64,000 nucleotides of DNA from an uncultured Pedosphaera sp. (GTDB taxonomy: Bacteria; Verrucomicrobiota; Verrucomicrobiia; Limisphaerales; Pedosphaeraceae). Position 1 is the stretch's first letter. The number at the start of each line of letters is the position of its first letter. Positions 9,733 to 16,100 of the stretch are shown piece after piece. The notes beneath the pieces are model-generated. The model searched no databases. It was not told the DNA's origin and worked only from the letters and a program-made list of their open reading frames with translations. The position numbers were made by a program, and so were the translations under genes. Where the stretch lies: contig CAIYZC010000357.1 of NCBI GenBank assembly GCA_903930565.1, positions 4,728 to 68,727 of the forward strand, given 5' to 3'.

Positions 9733-10811
9733 TCAATTCCGCCCGCTCCCAAAACCCCAACGGGGTTCCATCCCTCAGCCCAGGGTTGCGCGTCCCCGCG
9801 CTAACCTGGGTAACTGGCATTTTTAGAGTCCTCAACCCCAACGGGGTTGCGCCCTTCCTTCTCCTCTTCTGCCTGCTCCTCACCACCGCCCGTGCCGCGG
9901 ATGTCCCCACCGTCCTGATCGTCGTCGGCGCCCCCGGTGAAGAAGAATACGGCACCGCGTTCGCCAAGGCCGCCGAACTCTGGCGCGCCGCCGCCGAAAA
10001 AGGCGCCGCCACCAACCAGGTCATCGGCCTCGCGCCCACCAACGCCACCACGACCGACCGCGCCCTTTTCACCGCGGCCCTCACCAACGCCCCCCACGAC
10101 GGCCTAGCGCCCCTGTGGATCGTGCTGGTGGGTCACGGCACCTACGACGGACGCGAAGCCAAGTTCAACCTCCGCGGCCCCGATTTCGCCGCCACCGAGC
10201 TGGCCGCCTGGCTCAAACCCTTCACGCGCCCCTTGGCCGTCATTGATAGCTCCTCCGCCAGTGCCCCCTTCATGGCCGCGCTCAAAGGCACCAACCGCGT
10301 CGTCATCACCGCCACCCGCAGCGGCTCCGAGGAAAACTACGCCCGCTTCGGCACCTACCTGGCCGAGACCATCGCCGACCCCGCGGCCGACCTCGACAAG
10401 GACGGCCAAACCTCGCTCTTGGAAGCCTTCCTGATGGCCAGCCGCCGCACCCTGGAGTTTTACACTACCGCCGGTCGCCTCGCCACCGAGCACCCGCTCC
10501 TGGACGACAACGGCGACGGCCTCGGCACCCCCGCCGACTGGTTCCGCGGCATCCGCGCCATCAAACGCGCCCGCGACGGCGCCACCCTGGACGGCCTCCG
10601 CGCCCACCAATTCCACTTGGTCCCCAGCCCCGCCGAAGCCGCCCTGCCCCCGGAGCGACGCCGCCGCCGCGACGCCCTCGAACTCACCGTCACCCAACTC
10701 CGCGACCGCAAGGCCAAGCTCCCCGAGGAAGATTACTACCGCCAACTCGAACCGCTGATGCTGGAACTGTCGCGGTTGTCTACCACCACCCCGGACGGTC
10801 CCCCGAAATAG
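9729..10811 (+). CDS. Secreted clan-CD (caspase/legumain)-like fold protein with Ser at the nucleophile position and an EF-hand-like loop
   Basis: The order 'VLIVVGAPGE' ... 'LWIVLVGHGTYDG' ... 'LAVIDSSSASAPF' mirrors the beta1 / His-Gly / nucleophile motifs of C13/C14 peptidases, with no Cys. 'DLDKDGQTSLLE' fits DxDxDGxxxxxE. A hydrophobic signal-like segment 'APFLLLFCLLLTTARA' is present. The start is uncertain: GTG 9729 (GTGA overlap with the upstream stop) or TTG 9786. Confidence 0.55.
   Translation: MINSARSQNPNGVPSLSPGLRVPALTWVTGIFRVLNPNGVAPFLLLFCLLLTTARAADVPTVLIVVGAPGEEEYGTAFAKAAELWRAAAEKGAATNQVIGLAPTNATTTDRALFTAALTNAPHDGLAPLWIVLVGHGTYDGREAKFNLRGPDFAATELAAWLKPFTRPLAVIDSSSASAPFMAALKGTNRVVITATRSGSEENYARFGTYLAETIADPAADLDKDGQTSLLEAFLMASRRTLEFYTTAGRLATEHPLLDDNGDGLGTPADWFRGIRAIKRARDGATLDGLRAHQFHLVPSPAEAALPPERRRRRDALELTVTQLRDRKAKLPEEDYYRQLEPLMLELSRLSTTTPDGPPK
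9753..9848 (+). repeat. Two identical 15-nt hairpin-forming copies 'aaccccaacggggtt' (9753-9767 and 9834-9848)
   Basis: Exact duplicate read directly from the sequence. Each copy is a 6-bp stem (aacccc/ggggtt) with a 3-nt loop. They lie at the junction or extreme 5' end of CDS 9729..10811. Confidence 0.8.
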
Positions 10812-11232
10812 CCTCGCTCTGTCGAATGCTGGGCGCGACCAAGGTGGCGTGCCGCGCTCTCGAAGATTCAGTATCAGTGCTCGCCGCAGCGGCGCTTGGG
10901 CTTGACCAATCCGGTTACAGTTCGGCTCCGTCGCCACCGCGGCGCCTCCCGGCGCAAACTTCCTTCGGATAATCAAGGAATCAGTTGCCATGCAACGGCC
11001 TCCCCGCTCAGTTCCCTGGGTGCGGCCCCACGGTCGTTTTCCAAGCGCCGCAGACGACTCGTCACGATGTCCTGTCATGGTTTGCCGTTTCGGCGATCGA
11101 GAGCGCCGTCCTGGAGGTGTGCCCCTTGAGTCTCAGCCTGTCCGGCCAATAAATTGGGGCGACGCAACCGCTTGATTGGCAAGGCTTTACGGAGGTTGAT
11201 CAAAGGAATCAAAAATAATTTGAGAAACCCTG

Positions 11233-11261
11233 TTGACAGGTTCTGCCATCGGTGAGAATAT
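11233..11261 (+). promoter_or_regulatory. Sigma70-like promoter (TTGACA - 17 nt - GAATAT, TG at -15/-14), with an AT-rich UP-like tract upstream
   Basis: TTGACA at 11233-11238 and gaatat at 11256-11261, preceded by 'aaaaataattt'. The entire module is repeated almost verbatim at 24374-24450. Confidence 0.55.
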
Positions 11262-11278
11262 ACGACCAAGTTGATCGT
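11262..11278 (+). promoter_or_regulatory. Near-palindrome ACGACCAAGTTGATCGT overlapping -10/+1 (candidate repressor operator)
   Basis: 14 of 17 positions are self-complementary. An identical 17-mer occurs at 24427-24443 in the same position relative to a TTGACA box. A perfect relative occurs at 11705-11723. Confidence 0.5.
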
Positions 11279-12154
11279 GTATGGCGGGTTCGAATTCACC
11301 GAAAACGAACTGCTAATCGCGGGTCAACCTTCACCGGAGCGGGTTCGGGAGAGCGGGCGGTCACATCACCGCGCTCGATCGACAGAGGCCGGTGAACCAG
11401 CCGGTGGCAGTCGCCGCGAGTTTCGATTCTCGACTCGACGGTGTTTCGTGCCGGGCGGCTTCGGCTGCCTTGTAGCCGGAGAGAATCGTGCTCTACCCGT
11501 CCCCGGGAAGCCCACAGAGCTCACCAGTCCACTGGAAGTTTCGATACGTCACAACCGTACTTGATAACATGACTGGAATATCACTTTTAACCATTTCCGG
11601 CTTGGCCGGTATCAGAGCCGCCCTGATGGCGCGCGGCTGGGGCCAATCCGTTCGGGCTGCCCTTGGCCCGCGGGGCGCAACCCGTCTTTGTGGGTGCCTA
11701 GAAACACGACCTAATAGGTCGTGTATCGCGGGCGGCTACGACCCCAAGTGTGCAGTGCCGCCGCCGGGTCGGTTGCGGCCGATGACGATTGCCAGGCGGC
11801 GGATGGTCCGCGAACCGCGCTCCCTCGAAGTCGTCATTTTGGAGGCATAGCCGCCCGGAGTTGCGGTTGGCTTTTGCAACCGCACCAGCCGGCGGAATCG
11901 CGCGCCACCCGACCCCGGCAAACTCACCGGGCTCTCCAGTCCACTGGAGCTTCCCAGTGCTTATAACCGCGAGTGTAACCATGTTTGGCAAATTAATATT
12001 GACGTCTTTTGACTTTGGCGGCGGCCGGACCGCGAGCTGGTCCGGCAGCCACCGCGAACCACTCCCCGCGGGTCGCAACCGACGGAGCGCAGGCCTTTCC
12101 GCCGCCGCCGGTTGCGGTTCCTCTGAATCTGCAATCTAAAACTGTAAACTGCTT
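11268..12154 (+). promoter_or_regulatory. About 0.9 kb structured 5' leader made of two diverged tandem units (about 11262-11575 and 11705-11985) upstream of the pseudopilin gene
   Basis: Each unit begins with ACGACC-N5-GRTCGTGTAT(G/C)GCGGG. Each ends with CTCACC..CCAGTCCACTGGA(A/G)..TT..ATAACC(G)..TAAC(C)ATG. Many GC-rich hairpins lie between (for example gcggttg/caaccgc at 11863-11882 and ccggacc/ggtccgg at 12024-12044). No convincing ORF. Confidence 0.45.
11705..11723 (+). promoter_or_regulatory. Perfect palindrome CACGACCTA-a-TAGGTCGTG (second operator-like site, or an RNA hairpin)
   Basis: 9-bp arms are perfectly complementary. Shares the ACGACC/GGTCGT half-sites and the downstream GTGTATcGCGGG with the site at 11262. 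The centres are about 441 bp apart. Confidence 0.5.
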
Positions 12155-13087
12155 ATGAACACGAACCAGAAACCATCCGAATTGGGAGCCGCCCAATCCC
12201 TTACTCCTGTCGCCCTTGCCTTGCCGCGCTTCCCCTTGCCCGCCCGGCCCCGGCGGCGGGCCGCGGCCGGGGCTTTCACGCTCATCGAATTACTGGTGGT
12301 CATCGCCATCATCGCCATCCTGGCGGCCATGCTCCTGCCGGCCCTGGCCAAGGCGAAGGACAAGGCGAAGGCAATCAATTGCGCGTCCAATCTGCACCAG
12401 TGGGGCGTGGTCTGGAGCACCTATACCTCCGACAATGCGGATTCATTCCCGCCGGGGACCAACCCCGACGGCAGCCCCGACCCCAACGCCCGTTCCGCTT
12501 GGTATGACTCGCTGCAGCACGATACCGCCACCTTCCAGAAAATTGTGCTTTGCCCGTCGGCGATGAATACCAACTACAACCTCTCCACCGCCGCGGGCCA
12601 GGCATCGTTTGGGGGGCTGGACACCGCCTTCCGTTTCCCCACGGCGGCGGGAAACGCGGATCTATACGAGGACGGCCAACCCGGGGGATACGGTGCGAAT
12701 CTATGGATATACAACACCCAAGTGGACATCCAAAACCGGGTGGCGGCCAACCATTGGCGCAAAACCTCGGGCACGCCGTTGCCCAGCCAAACGCCGTTGA
12801 TGGCGGACAGCATGTGGCGCGGCGGCGGACCGTGGTACGGCCCGGACGCGCGCACCTATCAGGCCGCGACCGGCCCCGGAGTGTCCTCGGGGGACGCCTC
12901 CCGTGAGATGGAACATTTCTGCGTCCCCCGTCATGGCTCGGGCAAGCGGACCGAACTGGTGTTCTTTGACGGTTCCGCCAGCACTCTCCGAGTGCAGAAC
13001 TTGTGGTCGCTCAAGTGGCACCAGAATTGGGATCAAAGCTATCAGGCGAACAATTACGCCCTGCCCACGTGGGTCCGGGCGCAGTGA
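12155..13087 (+). CDS. Prepilin-type N-terminal cleavage/methylation domain protein (type II pseudopilin-like, DUF1559/H-X9-DG-like)
   Basis: '[42 protein letters not shown]' is the class III signal/pseudopilin motif. The C-terminal '[19 protein letters not shown]' resembles the H-X9-DG tail with slightly longer spacing. The 38-aa leader is long, so the true start may be an internal non-ATG codon. Confidence 0.8.
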   Translation: MNTNQKPSELGAAQSLTPVALALPRFPLPARPRRRAAAGAFTLIELLVVIAIIAILAAMLLPALAKAKDKAKAINCASNLHQWGVVWSTYTSDNADSFPPGTNPDGSPDPNARSAWYDSLQHDTATFQKIVLCPSAMNTNYNLSTAAGQASFGGLDTAFRFPTAAGNADLYEDGQPGGYGANLWIYNTQVDIQNRVAANHWRKTSGTPLPSQTPLMADSMWRGGGPWYGPDARTYQAATGPGVSSGDASREMEHFCVPRHGSGKRTELVFFDGSASTLRVQNLWSLKWHQNWDQSYQANNYALPTWVRAQ

Positions 13088-13160
13088 CCGCGATGGCCGA
13101 ACTCAAACGAAATTCACAGGGTAAGTCAAATGTAGTCCCAAGTTTCAAGCGATCATCAAA

Positions 13161-16100
13161 ATGAGAATTCCACAGGGTTTATTGTTGGTAGCGGCCGCCG
13201 GGGCACTGGCGCTCGCCGCGGACAGCCGGGCTGGTTCTGCCTATCAGTTGTCGTACCAGTATGATTCGACCGCATCGGATCCAACGCAGTTTCGTCAAAG
13301 CGTCTCCACGTTGACCAACGATGTGTTCTTTCCGTACAGCCCGTCCTTTGGGCAGCAGTTGGATGACTGGTATGTCTTCGCCGGCACCTCCCCCAGTTTC
13401 GGGCTGCAAGGATCGCAGCAGATTGAGGGGCCGGCCAACGGCACCGATTACGGCACTTGGATCTTTGGCTACCTCGAAGCCCCGCTGACCGGGGCGTATG
13501 TCCTCTCGATCGCCAGCGCGGACAACTCGCAGTTGTGGCTGAGCAATGACTATAATCCGACCAACGAAGTGCTTATCGCCTACGAACCAGGGTCGGGCAA
13601 TCCGCTATTTTCCGGCGGCGACCTCGACACTCGGAATTCCGCGCCCATCAACCTGGTCCGGGGTCAGAAGTACTACTTCGACGTGTACCAACAGGTTGGT
13701 CCCGGCCCCGGTTATGTCCAGGTGGGCTGGGTGCGGCCGGATGGCGTTCAGGAGTTGATTCCGGCGCTGCATTTGGCCCAGTACGAGGGCTACAACTTTT
13801 ACACGGGAATCGGACCCATCCAGGCGCCGCAGTTCAATGCGCCGGGAAACGGCAACCATGGCGGTTTCAATGGTGGCAACCTCACGAACTCGGTCGCGCT
13901 CGCGGAAGGGCAGGAGCTGCTCTTGCAACTGGATGTCATCGCCCAACAGCCGACGACGTTTACTTGGTTTACCAACGGGGTGGTAGTGGCCGGGCAAAAC
14001 CTTTCGTATTTTGATGTGCCGCGCACGCCCGCCACCTACAACAATTTTCAAATCCAAGCGGTGGTGGCCAACCAATTCGGCAGCCTGACGAGTGCTGTGT
14101 CCCATGTGACGGTGGCGCCGAACACCACCCGGCCGACGGTGGCCACGGTCGATACCGCCGGGAGGCCCAACACTTTGGAAGTGGTGTTCAGCAAACCCCT
14201 CGACCCGACGAGCGCCACCAATCTGGCCAACTACCAGGTTAGCGTGGTCGGCGGCGGGGAGTTCCCCTTGAGCGGCGCCGTGCCGTCCCTCTCATCGGAT
14301 CAGCAAACCGTGACTTGGTCCGGCGCTTTCAGTTTTGCCGCGGGAACCACATATCTGCTGACCATCAGCGACGTGCGGGACCAGGCCAGTCACCCCAACA
14401 TCCTGAACCCCAATCCGACCACGTCCCCGTTCACCCTGAGCGCACCGCTGGGCACGACCTACAATTTTAATGCCGGTCTCCCAACCGGGGTCGCGCTCTA
14501 CGGCAACGCCGTCATTGAAACCAGTCCGGATCCCACCATTGGCGGATACATCGCCCTAACCGACGCCGCCCGCAACGAAAGCGGCGCCGTCCTCCTCACG
14601 GCGCGCAACAACATCGACGGAGCCCACATCAAATTTGATGCCAGTATCGGGTCCTCGTTCAATGCCCTGACCGGCGGCTCCGACGGGGGGGACGGCTTCA
14701 GCGTGAACATTTCGGCAAATTTGCCTTTGGGAACGTTTCAGAATCCGCAATTTGGCTACTCACCGCCGGTCGCCGAGCCGCAATTCAGCGTGTATTTCAA
14801 TACCCGCCAAAACGGCGCGCAGAATCCCGTCGAAATCGGCGTCGCCTTGAACGGGGTCGTGTTGACCAATGTGCCGGCCGGCACCAATTTCAACAGCCTG
14901 GATGGCGTTCCCCCCCTCACCAGCGCCGACGGGCATTGGGCGCCGGTGGACATCAATCTCCAGCGCGATGGCACGCTCAATTTGTCGTTTGACGGCGTGG
15001 TCGTGGTCACCAATTTTCCCACGGGATGGGTGGGTTTGAATAGCGCCCAGGTCGGCCTCGCGGCCAGAACCGAGAATTGGTTCGAGACCCACTATATCGC
15101 CAATTTATTCTTGAACTTCTATGAGGGCTACGTGGGCAATGTCGGCCTGGCCGCCAACAGCGTTTTGGGCGGAACCTTTCCCGAGGGCTCGACCGTCATG
15201 CTCCTGGCCAACCCCACGGGCGCAGGACCGGATTTGTATCAGTGGTACCGCAATGGAACCCCGATCAGCGGCGCCACCAACCGGGTGCTGTCCTTTCCGG
15301 CGACGGTGGGTGCGGGTGGCGGTTTTTCCCTGGGGATCAGCAATTCCTTTAGTGGGTTCTTGAGCAGTCCGCAGAGCGTGGTGATTCAACCGAATCTGAC
15401 GCCGCCCCAAGTCGTCTCGGGCAAAGCCACCGCCGGCAGCATCAATAAATTGTTCCTGCAGTTCAATCAGACGCTCGAAGTGGTGAGCGCGACGTCCCCC
15501 GCCACCTATTCTTCGCCCTATTTTGCGGTGACCGGCGTGACTTTGGGCGTGGATGGTCGAAGCGTCGTGTTACAGACCACCCAGCAGCGCTACGGCGCGA
15601 GTTATCCCGTCACCATCCGCGGTTTGAAAGACAGCTACGCCGCGCAGAATGTATTGAACACCAACCTCACGGTGGTTTCCGGTCTGAGCTACGACGATGA
15701 AGTCCTCGGGGACTCCCCGGTGCGCTATTACAAACTCAACGAGACGGGTGGTACGGTGGCCTACACCCAAACCACGGGCGGCGATTCCCTGAACACCAAC
15801 GGCATCTATCAGTTCGCCCCGTTGCTGGGCAGTCCGTCCATTGTTCCCTCGGCCGCGAACGATTTCGCGGCTCTGTTTGTCAACAGCAGCAGCAATAATG
15901 TCCTTGTGCCCAACAATGGCGACATTAATGTGACCCGCGGCCCCTGGCACCAACGGAGCATCGAATTGTGGTTCAATGCGAGCAGTTTTCCGATCGGCCG
16001 GCAGCCGGGGGACAGCGCGGTGAACGCCCAGACGCATGCCGTGACCGGGCTGTGGCAGGAAGGGGGGAATCTGCGGGATATCGGAATCTATCTCTGGAAT

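Noticed and set aside
11272-11290. Resemblance of 'GATCGTGTATGGCGG' / 'GATCGTGAATGGCGG' to the ZTP (pfl) riboswitch core 'GGGUCGUGACUGGCG'.
   Set aside because: The complementary strand (ACGACC) lies upstream instead of downstream, which is the wrong P1 topology. I could not find the obligatory downstream 'CCGCCUGGGC' pseudoknot partner. The genomic context is not purine or folate related.
11284-11300. tRNA-like T-loop sequence 'gggttcgaattc'.
   Set aside because: The flanking bases cannot form a T-stem (gcggg versus tcacc), and no acceptor, D or anticodon arms are present. I found no tRNA in any intergenic region by eye.
11281-11316. Short leader-peptide ORFs starting at the conserved ATGGCGG: 'MAGSNSPKTNC' at 11281 and 'MAAAKSANISRGGRIDLPRCRNGLR' at 24447. 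Longer leader ORFs at 11568 ('MTGISLL...') and 11981 ('MFGKLIL...').
   Set aside because: The peptides are not conserved between copies beyond the first two codons. There is no clear ribosome-binding context. Unit B lacks the ATG altogether. A single Cys codon is too weak a basis for a Cys-sensing attenuation model. I keep this only as a remote alternative.
11520-11540. 'CCAGTCCACTGGAAG' as a cobalamin-riboswitch 'GCCACTG...GGGAAG' element.
   Set aside because: The upstream conserved cobalamin core (AGGGAA / GGTGAAAATCC / B12 box) is absent from both units.
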